Counted from the first letter of the stretch, positions 50,739 to 62,300 are shown. The stretch: 64,000 bases of DNA from Callorhinchus milii (GCF_018977255.1 NW_024704771.1:3906001-3970000), one strand, 5' to 3'. Notes: generated from the sequence alone by a model not told the origin. Made by a program: numbers and translations.

Positions 50739-53700
50739 GTCGCTCCCACTCCTTCTCTCCTACTCACTCTGTCTCTCACTCTTTCTGTGTCACTCGCTCT
50801 CTGTCACTCACTCATTTTCTCTCTCACCCTATACCCCTCGGGTCTCTCGCTCGCTCGCACCGGCTCTCGTGTGACAGCCGTGTGTACAGGCTGTGTGCGC
50901 GCGTGTGTGTGCGTGTGTGTGTGTGTCAGCGTCGCTCACACCGGCCCCGTGTGACAGCCGTGTGTACAGGCTGTGTGCACGCGTGTGTGTGCGTGTGTGT
51001 GTGTGTCAGCGTCGCTCACACCGGCCCCGTGTGACAGCCGTNNNNNNNNNNNNNNNNNNNNNNNNNNNNNNNNNNNNNNNNNNNNNNNNNNNNNNNNNNN
51101 NNNNNNNNNNNNNNNNNNNNNNNNNNNNNNNNNNNNNNNNNNNNNNNNNNNNNNNNNNNNNNNNNNNNNNNNNNNNNNNNNNNNNNNNNNNNNNNNNNNN
51201 NNNNNNNNNNNNNNNNNNCACCAGACTGACTCGCGGAGACCGTTCCCCAGAGGCTGTGACCGATGATCTGGTGGAGAAGCTGCGAGAGAGGTTGAAGGAA
51301 CGGGAAGCGGCACTGGAGGTGAAGGGGGGTCCTCAAGCCTCTCCCTCACGCGTGTCTCTGACCCACTTGTCTGTGTGTGTGTGTGTGTGTGTGCGTTTGT
51401 CTCCCCNNNNNNNNNNNNNNNNNNNNNNNNNNNNNNNNNNNNNNNNNNNNNNNNNNNNNNNNNNNNNNNNNNNNNNNNNNNNNNNNNNNNNNNNNNNNNN
51501 NNNNNNNNNNNNNNNNNNNNNNNNNNNNNNNNNNNNNNNNNNNNNNNNNNNNNNNNNNNNNNNNNNNNNNNNNNNNNNNNNNNNNNNNNNNNNNACTGTA
51601 TGTGTGTGACTGTGCGTATGTGTGCGTGACCTGCTGTGTGCGTGACTGTGTGTGTATGTAAGACCTACTGTGTGTGTGACTGTGTGTGTGTGTGTGTGCG
51701 TGTGCGCGCGCGCGTGTGATCTGCTGTGTGCGTGACTGTGTGTGTGTGTGTGTGTGAGAGAGAGACCTACTGTGCCTGTGTGTATGTGACTCGCTGTGTG
51801 TGTGTGACTCACTGTGTGTATGGTGCGTGACTGTGTGTGTCTGTGTGTGTGTGTGTGAGACCCGCTGTGTGCGACTGTATGTGTGTGACTGTGCGTATGT
51901 ATGTATGTATGTATGTATGTATGTATGTATGTGTGCGTGACCCGCTGCGTGTCCGTGTCCGTCTTTCTCTCGCGCAGAGAGCTGCTGATGACAGGTTCGC
52001 TGCTCTGGAGGAGAAGGAGGCAGAGACTCGGAGGTTGCGGGCGGCGCTGAGGGACGTGGAGTGTGATGTGAGCCGCCTCAGCCTGGTCCTCGCTCACAAC
52101 CAGCAAATGATTAACGTGAGGAGCCGTGCGCCGTGCGTGTGCGTGCGTGCGTGTTTGCGTGCGTGTTTGCGTGCGCGTGCGTCAGGGGCACTTTGAGCTC
52201 GCAGTCCAGGCTGATGCTCCAGTGCGGCGCTGGGGGGGGGGGTGAGGAGGGGGAGAGGAAGAACAGCTTTGTCAGAGGTGCCGCCCTTCGGACGAGAACT
52301 TAAGCCTCACTCCCCATCTGCGGCGAAGTCGCTGTGCGCGGACCGTCTGCCCGCAAAGACGCGCAGTCACCGCACTTTGCACGGAAAACCCGGCGAAGCG
52401 CTTCGAGACGCCCCCCTCCCGAGGCTGGTTCCGGGCGAATCGCGTCGCCTGTTACCTGAGCAGTAGGCAGGAGCTCGCTCGGCCGATCGCTTTCCGATCG
52501 GGGTTAATGATAAATGATCAATAAATAATAATAATAATTTGCTCTCTCAATCCACGGCCGTTCGTGGGACGCCGCTGCGGGCGATCGGCTGCCGCGTTTG
52601 GCCCACACGATACGCAGTCAGGTCACTCGACGGTGTATTCTGCGAAGCGCTTTGAGACGTCGCGACGAGGTGATAAATCTGAGCCCCCTCTCACCCCCCC
52701 CCCCCAACACCCGCCCTCCATCTCTCACTCTCTCTCTCTCTCTCTCTCTCACACCAGCTGCTGAATCAGACGCTGTCTCAGAAGACGTCTGTCCTGAGCC
52801 AGACCGAGACGCTGTGTAAGGCGGTGGCTCAGACGGCTCGGGAGGTGGACGGGAACCGGACGGCGGCCCTGAGGGAGAAGGACGCCATTATCGCCCGCCT
52901 GCAGGAGGCGCTGGAGAGCAGAGGCAGGGACGTGGCGGTACGGCCAACGCAGTTACAGGAGGAGGCCATTCAGTCCCTCGAGCCTGTTCCGCCATTCTAT
53001 ACGATCATTGTTAATCTGCACCTCAACTCCAACTCCTGTCGCTGCCTTTTGCCCCATATCCCTTGATCCCCCGACCTGACAAAACTCTTATCGACCTCAG
53101 TCTCTCTCCCTCTCGCGCTGTGTTGCTCCCTCAACCGTGTGTTTTTTCTCAGTGTTTCTCTCTCTCTCTCTCTCACACCCCCTCACTCCCCAATCCACCA
53201 CCCGGCACCTCCGCTCGACTGGCGCCGGCCGTCCTGCTCGTCCCTCGCGCCCTCCGCCCCACCATTGGATTCAGCAGCTACGCCCCGAAACTCTGGAACT
53301 CTCTCCCTCAATCCCTCCTCCTCCTCCTCCTCCTCCTCCTCCTCTCTGCGCCCTCACTCCCTCTTTTTAACTCACCCCTGAAAACGTTCCTTTTCGACCG
53401 TCACCCACACCCACCCCCAACCAACTCAACCCACCCCAACCGCCAGCTCGGAGTCAGGCTCCGCCACTGTGGAGTCCTGTAGCTCAGTGGTTAGAGCACT
53501 CGCTTTGCAAGTGAGAGACCTGAGTTCAGTTCCAGGCAGAGGGCCAAACCTTGGGCAAGTTTCCTTACCCCACACAGAGCCGAATAATAATCCCTCCAAA
53601 ACCCCAAACAATAATAAATTGGTCATTTTCAATCTGCGACTGTTTGTGGGACATCGCTGTGCGCCATCGGCTGCCGCGATCCCCCACAAATATACAGTCA

Positions 53701-54328
53701 ATTCGCTTTACAGTGTGTTCTGTGAAGCGCTTTGGGACGTCCTCTCCCGACGTGAAAAGCGCTATATCAAATGCGAGGATTATTATTATTATTATTATTA
53801 AGTGCTCTGAGACATTGTCGTTGTGTGTTTCTCTTTCACTATTGTGTTTCTCTCTTGTGCTGTTTCTTTCTCCCTCACTATCTCACTGCTTTTCTGTCAC
53901 GCGCTGTTTCTCTCACTGTGTGTCTCTGTTTCAGTTGCTTTCACGTTCTCGCTCTCCGATTCTCTCTCACTGACGCTCTCTCACTCTGTTTCTCTCACAC
54001 AGTCTCTCACTGATTTTCTCTGTGTGTGTGTGTGTCTCTCTCTGACTCTCTCTCCCTGATATGTCTCTCGCTCTCTCTCTCTCTCTCTCTGATTTTCTCT
54101 CTCTGTCTCTCTCTCTCTCTGTCTGACAGGCACTGACAGACTCGGTGCTGGGTCGGGGTCTGAGCGGGGCACCTGACGTCTCGGACAGTCTGCGTGCGAG
54201 TCTGAAGGACAAGGAGAGTTTGCTGAGCCGGTGTCTGGAGGAGCAGAAACAGAGGAGCAACGAGCACCAGGCACAGGTGGAGGGGATGCTCAACACCATC
54301 GCACACAAGGAGCAGAGAATCCAGGTAT

Positions 54329-54359
<31 letters not shown>

Positions 54360-56325
54360 CGGGGACGGGGACGGGGGGGAGAGAGAGAGACGAACAGGCG
54401 GGCGGAGAGAGGGAAGCAGACAGAGAGAGGGAGGTGGACAGAGAGAGGGAGTCTCAGACTATATAGAGGTGCTCACTGTTAATATCAGATTATATAGAAG
54501 TGTCACTGTTAATATCAGACTATATAGAGGTCTCACTGTTAATTTCAGACTATATAAAGGTGCTCACTGTTAATTTCAGACAAAATAGAGGTGTCACTGT
54601 TAATACCAGACTATATAGAGGTGCTCACTGTTAATATCAGACTATATAGAGGTGCTCACTGTTAATATCGGACTATATAGAGGTGCTCACTGTTAATATC
54701 AGACTATATAGAGGTGCTCACTGTTAATATCAGACTATATAGAGGTGCTCACTGTTAATATCAGACTATATAGAGGTGTTCACTGTTAATATCAGACTAT
54801 ATAGAGGTGTCACTGTTAATATCAGACTATATAGAGGTGCTCACTGTTAATATCAGACTATATAGAGGTGTCACTGTTAATTTCAGACTATATAGAGGTG
54901 TCACTGTTAATATCAGACAAAATAGAGGTGTCACTGTTAATATCAGACTATATAGAGGTGTCACTGTTAATATCAGACTATATAGAGGTGTCACTGTTAA
55001 TTTCAGACAAAATAGAGGTGTCACTGTTAATTTCAGACTGTATAGAGGTGTCACTGTTAATACCAGACTATATAGAGGTGCTCACTGTTAATATCGGACT
55101 ATATAGAGGTGTCACTGTTACTACCAGACTATATGGAGGTGTCGTTAATATCAGACTATATGGAGGTGTCGTTAATATCAGACTATATGGAGGTGTCGCT
55201 GCCACTGTTGTCATTGTGTCCCCTGTTCCCCTCCTGCAGAAGCTGACCGAGCTGTACAGTCAGACACAGGCTGCCCGTGAACAGGAAGCGCAGGCTCTAA
55301 CACAGCGTCTGGCCGACAGGGAGCAGGAGATGGAGGGTCGAGCCCGGGCCGAGTCCATCACAGCCCAGGAGCGCCGTGCTGAGCGGGCGCAGCTCCAGGC
55401 ATTGCTGGACAACGAACACCAAACGGTTCTGGTGAGGCTTGTGACCGTTGGTTGAGGCTGTGAAGTGTATTAATTGTGCGGTGTCTCTCCGGTGACTGCC
55501 GTTAATCCCCCCCCCCCCCCCCCACCCCCCCCCCGTCTGTGCCCCACTCGCACGGCTGTTAAAGATCTCTGCGGCGCTGCTCGGGGGGGAAAAAAAGCTC
55601 TCCCGCTCGTCTCCTGTCCGGCAATCGACCAGATAACATGTCTGTTTGTAGGGAAGTGGTTGCTCAAATGCAATTGAGCTTCTGCTTTCACCCACCAAAC
55701 TCACAGTCACTGCACCTGGCTGCAAATTCCGTGCCGCGCTTCAATGGCGATGCTGTTTCAGAGCACTCGCCTCGCAAGCCGGAGGACCCAGTTCAATTCC
55801 CCGGGCGGGCTGAAACCTTAGGCAGGTTGTCTTACTCCGCGCGCCTCTGTTTTTTCTCAGCAATAAGTCGGAAACCGGGTTGTTAGTGGATTGGCGGATC
55901 GCTTTCCGGGGGGGGGGGGTAATAATTCCTTAAACAAAATGGGGTCGCTCAATCCGCGACTGTTTGCGCGACGCCGCTCCGCGCACTTGACTGCCCACGG
56001 TCGGTCCACTTTGCAATATATTCCGCGAAGAGCTTTGAGACATCTCGAAGACGCGATAAGGCAATATTGCTGTGCCATATGCAAGGATCATTATTATTAT
56101 TATTTGCCTGGGGTCTGGGAGCAGGAATTCTGGCTGTTTTTTCCCCTCGCTTACCCTGGAATTTAGCCTCAAACCCCTCCCTTGCGGCCGCCACGTGATA
56201 CTTTTCTCCGACTGACGCAGGATCTGTTGGACGCTTCGCAAGAGAAAGATCGCCTCCTCTCCAGACTTCAGGAGCAGCTGCAAGACAACATGAGGCTGAA
56301 ACTGACCATGAAGCAGACCCTTTGA
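43084..56325 (+). CDS. Myomegalin/PDE4DIP-family coiled-coil protein of the short SMYLE (MMG8) type; one frameshift in exon 1 as assembled
   Basis: Exon 1 43084-44066 (MTESCRVCGERLRGNRRRWIF...DGRGEFLCGKCVFVLERVYRYD...CRGCHALRVPDSDYESVCKVPR; ends MADMYLPLNME after a frame change near 43809-43813). Further exons: 44412-44522, 44967-45080 (LLNKEQLLQ), (gap)-51318 (LVEKLRERLKEREAALE), 51978-52115 (RAADDRFAALEEKE), 52758-52937, 54130-54324, 55240-55431 and 56221-56325 (MKQTL*). All phase 0. Motifs are collinear with the alternative N-terminus and coiled coil of human myomegalin as recalled. Confidence 0.85.
46150..46695 (+). mobile_element. CR1 LINE 3' end
   Basis: QFWSPHLRKDVLALEGVQRRFTRLVPGMKGMSYKDRLTNLGLYSLEYRRIRGDLIETYKI plus 3' UTR GATCAGCCATGATTGAATGACGGGGCAGAGGCTCGAAGGGTTGAATGGCCTCCTCCTGCTCC. 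Confidence 0.9.
46816..47170 (+). mobile_element. tRNA-derived SINE
   Basis: Head GGAGTCCTGTAACCCAGTGGTTAGAGCACTCGCC through to the ATCAAATGCAAAGATTATT tail. Confidence 0.8.
50190..50415 (+). mobile_element. Deu-domain SINE (SacSINE1/AmnSINE-like) remnant
   Basis: CTCGCCTCCGAGTTAGATGGTTCTGGGTTTCAG...TCCAGGCTGA...GCATTGTCAGGAGCGCCGTCCTTTAGATGAGACATTAAAC resembles the DeuSINE head and core. Related remnants lie at about 11480-11580, 33600-33700 (-), 52190-52300 and 60200-60400. Confidence 0.6.
50440..51041 (+). repeat. (CT)-rich low-complexity tract followed by an 80 bp tandem repeat running into an N gap
   Basis: GTGTGACAGCCGTGTGTACAGG unit starts at 50869, 50949 and 51029. Confidence 0.9.
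53471..53798 (+). mobile_element. tRNA-derived SINE, young subfamily copy
   Basis: GGAGTCCTGTAGCTCAGTGGTTAGAGCACTCGCTTTGCAAG head; L2-like tail GAAGCGCTTTGGGACGTCC...CGACGTGAAAAGCGCTATATCAAATGC plus (ATT)n. Confidence 0.85.
54451..55198 (+). repeat. Minisatellite, 30-31 bp unit GTCACTGTTAATATCAGACTATATAGAGGT, about 24 copies
   Basis: Direct tandem array without spacers in the intron between myomegalin-like exons at 54324 and 55240. Confidence 0.95.
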
Positions 56326-57637
56326 GGTTTTTGCGCGTCTCTTTATAAATCGGCCCATTTCGCTTCAAGGCGGTGGGCGTCCTGTGGCGTAGTGGTTAGA
56401 GCACTCATCTCGCAAGCGAGAGGACCTGGGTTCGATTCCCGGGCAGGGTGACTCCTTACTCCACGCACGCGCCTCTGTTTATCTGGCAGTAATAAGCCGA
56501 ACCCGGTGGTCAGTCGATTGACGATCACTTTCCTGGGGCAATAATTCCTTTAAGAGAAATTGGTCGCTCAATCCATGACTGTTTGTGGGTCACCGAAGTG
56601 CGCAATTAATTGCCTGTCGTGTTTCGCCCACAAAATACACAGTCAATTCGCTTCACGGTATATTTGTGAAGTTGTTTTGAGTTGTCATCTCCACAACAGA
56701 TGCAAGGATTATTCCAAGCACTGAGGACGATACCTGTGTGAGGGGGGGGGGGGGCACTGTACGAGTCGGTGCCGTCGTCGTTGGAATTTCTCCCCAGCGG
56801 TGTCAAATTCCCTTTGGTTTCAGATCGCTTGTGGGGGCTGCGTGAGGCCTGAGGCGGGGAGGAGGTGAGATGGTGCCAAGAGTCAACTTAAAGACAGGGA
56901 CCGAAGAGAGGGACAATCAAATGGAGTCGGGTCAGGCCAAAATCCTCGAACGTCCATTTGCGGATCGACCGCTGACCTCCCAATAACACTACCTCACTGC
57001 CGTTGAGGGAATGCTCTGTGTTCTCTGTTGATCCGGGTAATCGTGAGATAATAATCCTTGCATTTGATACAGCGCCTCGAGACGTCCCAAAGCGCTTCGC
57101 AGAATACGCTGCCGAGTGAGTTGCATGGGTGATGGGTTTCCGCACCGGTCAGATACCCGGTTGACCAAAAAACAGTGTTATAGGATCTATACGGATGCAA
57201 GGATTGTTATTGTAATAATAATAATGCTTTTTGGTGATAAATGCAATGGTGCCACACCGGGGGGGGGGGGGTGGGGGTGGGGGGGGGTGGTTGGGGCGGT
57301 GCTGTGGGTACACCACACTCAATCTGTTTGGGTAGAATTATTTATTTGGGAGAGGGGGTGGGAAGAAGACTGTTTTTTTTTTGCAATTCAGGGAATTATT
57401 TACTGCCAGTTCTGCAGGGAGAGGGAGTAAGTGTGTGTGTGTGCGTGTGCGGGTGTGTGTTTCGGGGTGGGGGTGGGGGGGGGTGTGTGGTTAAAGTGTT
57501 AACAGGATATTTGTCACGATGTACGAAATAGCTGATAAGTGCCCGAGTATCCCCGTATTTTAAAGAAGTGAATTAAAAACACTCCGTTTAACTTGAGTGA
57601 AGACTGTTTACTGAGCTGAACGCTCCATATGAAAAAA

Positions 57638-57643
57638 AATAAA
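57638..57643 (+). terminator. Candidate polyadenylation signal for the myomegalin-like gene
   Basis: AATAAA in a unique AT-rich stretch about 1.3 kb after the stop at 56325 and before the TRIM promoter region. Confidence 0.3.
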
Positions 57644-58518
57644 CGCGTGGTCACTGCTTGTGGGACACTGCTGCTGCGCTTCTCCTGCAAAACACACAGT
57701 CACTATACGTTACAGTGCATCCCGTGAAGGAGCTTTGAGACGTCTGGACGATGTGATCAGGCTCCATGTCAAATGCAAGGATTATTATTATATGGCGGCA
57801 GAGGGAGACGACGACAACAACTTGGATTTATATAGCGCCTCTGAGTCTCAGAGCGCTTCGCAGTAACGGACCCCGGGGCCGAGCCCCCGGGGGTGGGGGG
57901 AGAGAGGGGGAGGAAAGTGACCAAAGGCGCGGTCGAAAAGAAAGGTCTTCAGCGGAGTTACCTGAAAGTGGGACGAGAGAGGGGACGAGGCGAAGGGAGC
58001 GAGGAAGGGATTTCCCGATGACGGTGTCACAACGCCTTGGGGATGGCGGGAGGCGACGGTAGGCGCGGTCGAAGAGGAACGTCTTCGCCCGAAGAGTGAG
58101 GAGGAGGAGGAGGAGGAGGAGGAGGAGGGGGCAAGGCAGAGGGACTGAACAACAAAAACAACTTGCATTTTTTTTTTACAGCTTTTTTTACAGGGATTTG
58201 TAGATGAGCGTGAGGATTTGTTCAGTGATAGGGAGCCGGTGGAGCGAGAACTGGTGCAGTGGGGTATGGCGTTTAGTGAGGGCGGACGATTTCTGGATCA
58301 CAGGAGAGAGGGAGAGAGGACCTTATCACAGTCGGAATAGATTAGATTACATTCCAGTACAGACTCCCTCCCTCCCCCATCCCTCCCACCCCCCCTCCAC
58401 CACCCCCCACCCCCCCCCCCCCCCCCAACCCGACGCTGGGTTATATTCTCTGCGCTTACCCAATGTCAGAGAGCGTTGCTGCTGAGGACGGCAAATGTTC
58501 TCTCAGCTCTTTATCAGC

Positions 58519-58553
58519 GAAACCGAAAGCTTTGCGAAACCAGGAAGCAGAAA
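58519..58553 (+). promoter_or_regulatory. Candidate interferon-stimulated response element (IRF site cluster) upstream of the TRIM gene
   Basis: GAAACCGAAAG at 58519-58529 matches GAAANNGAAA. Further GAAAC and GGAA half-sites follow within 25 nt, about 800 nt before the TRIM ATG. Confidence 0.5.
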
Positions 58554-59044
58554 CAGTCCGATCCTAAGAGTGGGTCGAGCGCCGAGTTCCACTCATTCAT
58601 CCACTCGCTAACGCACAAACTCTCTGAACACGCACACCCACCCACACACACACACACCCACACACGCACACACACGCACACACACACTCACCCACACAGT
58701 GACTCACTAACTCACTCAGCCGTTCACTGGCCAACTCACACCGTAACTCGGTCACTCGCTGACATCTCACAGTAGCACACGGACACACACACACGCGACA
58801 ATCAGTTGCACACGCACACTCGTCACGTCACAGTGGCACACACACACACAGGCACTCACTCGCTAGCGCTCACAGTTACACACTGGCACACAGCAACACG
58901 CACATATCACACGCTAAACTCCTCACCCCCCCCCCATCACTCATTAACACGCTCGCTAACACACTCAGTGTTAATGACGCACTGACACAGTTACGCACGC
59001 AAACACCGAGTTACACACACGCATTAATACTGACCGTTACGCGC

Positions 59045-59328
59045 AGCAGCACACACTAACGCGCTCACTAACACGCTCACCAACACACGGCAGCACACAC
59101 TAGCACGCTCACCAACACACGGCAGCACACACTAACACGCTCACTAACACACAGTGGCGCACACTAACACGCTCACCAACACAGAGCAGCACACACTAAC
59201 ACGCTCACCAACACACGGCAGCACACACTAACACGCTCACCAACACACAGCAGCACACACTAACACGCTCACCAACACACAGCAGCACACACTAGCACGC
59301 TCACCAACACACGGCAGCACACACTCAG
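59045..59328 (+). repeat. Minisatellite, 32 bp unit GCACACACTAACACGCTCACCAACACAC(A/G)GCA, immediately before the TRIM ATG
   Basis: Period 32 (e.g. 59221 and 59253), about 8 copies; the last copy ends a few nt before ATG 59331. Confidence 0.85.
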
Positions 59329-59330
59329 CC

Positions 59331-62300
59331 ATGGCATCTGGCTTACCCGCGGGCTCTTTCAGCGAAGAGCTGAGGTGCCCGGTCTGCGTTGACCTCTTCA
59401 CGGCTCCGGTCACCCTGGCGTGTGGGCACAGCCTCTGCCAAGCCTGCATGGATCGTGGCTGGGAGGCGGGCAAACATCTCTGCCCAAAGTGCCAGGAGCC
59501 CATCGCTCACCATGACCTCAAGGTCAATGAGGTGCTGGCCAGGCTGGCGGAGAGAGCCCGGGCGCAGGGGCAATGCCAAGGGCCGAGAGAGGGCGAGCAT
59601 CGCTGCCCACTGCACAATGAGGACCTCAAGCTCTTCTGTGAGACAGACCTGCAGCTGATCTGCGTGGTGTGCAGAGATGGCTTACAGCACCGAGATCACA
59701 GCTGCCGGCCTCTGAACGACGCCGTGGATATCTTTAAGGTACCCCCCATCACACCAGTCTTCGCCAGGCTCAACTGGCTCCCCATCACGCACTAAACTCC
59801 GCACCCTCATCACCCCAGTCCTCACCAGGCTCCATATCACACGCTAAACGCCTCACCCCCATCACTCCAGTCTCTCACAGGGCTCCACTCCGCTCCCTAT
59901 CGCCGAATGGGTTTTCAGGATCATCTCACTCGTTTTCAAATCCCTTCGTGCCCTGGCACCTCCCAACCTCTCCGGCCTGCCTACCCCTCCCAACCCAAAG
60001 CCTCCGATCCACCGGCCCCTGGCCCTTCCTGCATGTCCCTTGTGCCCTCCGTCCCACCACCGGTGTGGCCGCACCTTCAGCAGCTACGCTCTGAAATTCT
60101 GGAACACTCTTCCTCTATCCCTCTGCCTTGCCCTTTCATTCCAGTCGCGCCCCCCCCCCCCCCCACCCCGTCACACACACAGATACATCCATATGATTCT
60201 CATCTCTGAGTCAAAAGGGTTCAAGCCTCCAAATCTAAGGTGTCTTTGCTGCATTCTCAGAGTGCTGTCCTTTGGACGAGGCATTAAACTAAGATTGCAC
60301 TGTGTTCCGGGAGGACATTAATGATCTCCAAGGCGTTACGAGAAGATAGAAGAGATCTTTTCCCTTCCAACCCCCACTCAGGTGTCGTGACCAAACATTC
60401 CACACCCCCAAACCACCACCCCCCCCCCCCCACCCCCAGATGAAACAGCTCGCTCACTTGTTTGCAGGAAGTTGCCGTGCACAAATTGCGGCTGTCGCGT
60501 TCGCCGATAAAGCACGACTGCTAACCGCACGAGGTGTGCGTCTTCTGCGCAGCCCTTTTGAGAACTTTTTAGTGTTCTGTAGCGTCGTGGTTAGTCGACT
60601 GGCGGATCGCTTTCCCCGGTTGATGATCCCTTCAAAAAGATAAATAATAATTTAGTCGCTCAATCCACGACCGTTTGCCGGATACTGCTGTGCGCAATTG
60701 GCTGCCGCCGCGCTCTCCTACAAGATATACGCTTTGCACGATCTCCTGTGAAGCGCTTTGAGATATCTGAACGACGCAATGTAAAGATTATTGTATTATT
60801 ATGCTCTGTGACCGGGCAGCAAATGTTAATAACAATACAATTGTAATTTCAGCACAATCTGAATGCCACCATCGACTCGCTCAGAGCCTGCCAGGCAGCA
60901 GTCCTGGAATCCGAACTCAATCACGAGCAACATATGCGTACAGTAAAAGTGAGTTCTCTTGTATAGCGCCTTTCGGGTCGGGAGGGCATCCCAAGGCACT
61001 GGGCAGTCAGTCATTTGGACCCGAACTGGGGGTCAGGATTGGGGAGGGTGGAAGGCAAGGGGGGGAAGTAGGGTGATCGAAGAGGAGAGTCTTGAGATAG
61101 GTTGTGAAGGATGCAAGGGAGAGAGAGCGAGGCAGAGGGACCGTGGGATGGAGTTCCAGAGGGTGGGGGCAGAGTGGCAGAAGGTCCGCCTGCCAAAGGT
61201 GGCAGGTGGACGTGAAGCCGGCTGGAGCCCGCTGAGCGGAGGGAGCGGGCAGGGGGGTTAGGAGGTCAGAGAAGTAGGGGGCAGCAAGACTATGGAGGGC
61301 TTTCAAAGTGTGGAACAGGATCAGCGATTCAACCCGAGCTGGAGTGGGGAATGGGGGAAAGCGGGGCGATTTAGAGTATGGTCGAACTGTATCCTTTGTG
61401 TGAAGGGAAGCCAGTGGAGTTGGGTGAGGATGGGGGTGATAGGATCACGGAGCCTGGTCCGGGAGAGGACATGGGCTGCAGAGTTCTGGACGATCTGCAG
61501 CCTATGGAGGGAGGAGTTGTGGAATCAGGAGAGCCTCAGTCAACTGTTCGACCGCAGAAAGTTAGCTCTCATCTGAGACTTGACGTCTGACAGACATTCG
61601 GTCAGGACGGCAGTGGATCTGGAGTCGAGGGTGGAGGGATAGAGAGATACAGTTGGGTGTCATCCGCATTCATGTGGAAATTGACCCCGTGTCTGCGGAT
61701 GATGTGGCCAAGAAGGAGCACGTAGCAGAGGACCAAAGTCAGACCTCTCCATGATCTGATCAAACACAAGGATTATTATTAATGTTGTATTATCATTGGT
61801 ACTATTTGTAATTGCTGCTGTTATTAATATTATCGTTTTTTTTTATTCCTTAATATCTAACAAACGTCTGCGCTTGCTCCCCTCGCTCCCTCCTACCTCT
61901 CCAACCTACTATCCCCCTACCTACCTGCCCGTACCCTCCGTTCCTCCGGCTCTGGTCTGATCCACGTCCCCCGCCCCAATCGTCCTACCATCGGTGGTCG
62001 GGCCTTCAGCCTCTCAGCCCCGAGGCTCTGGAACTCTATCCTCCAGTGCCTTCGCCGCTTCCTCCCTCTCCTCCTTCAAGGCCGGTCTCAAAACCTTTCT
62101 CTTTGACCTTCAGCCTTCAGCTCCGCTCTCGACTCTCTACACCCTCCTCGCTCCCTCCCTTCCCTCCCCTCACCCTGACCATTTCCCCCCTCCTCGCTCC
62201 CTCCCTTCCCTCCCCTCACCCTGACCATTTCCCCCCTCCTCGCTCCCTCCCTTCCCTCCCCTCACCCTGACCATTTCCCCCCTCCTCGCTCCCTCCCTTC

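Noticed and set aside
50349-51609. Long Ser/Leu/Cys/Val-rich ORFs (also 1624-2145, 41574-42292, 51333-52106, 53771-54308)
   Set aside because: Translations of CT/GT/CA microsatellites and N gaps.
54451-55198. CRISPR array
   Set aside because: The 30-bp units are directly adjacent with no unique spacers, there are no cas genes, and the context is a eukaryotic intron.
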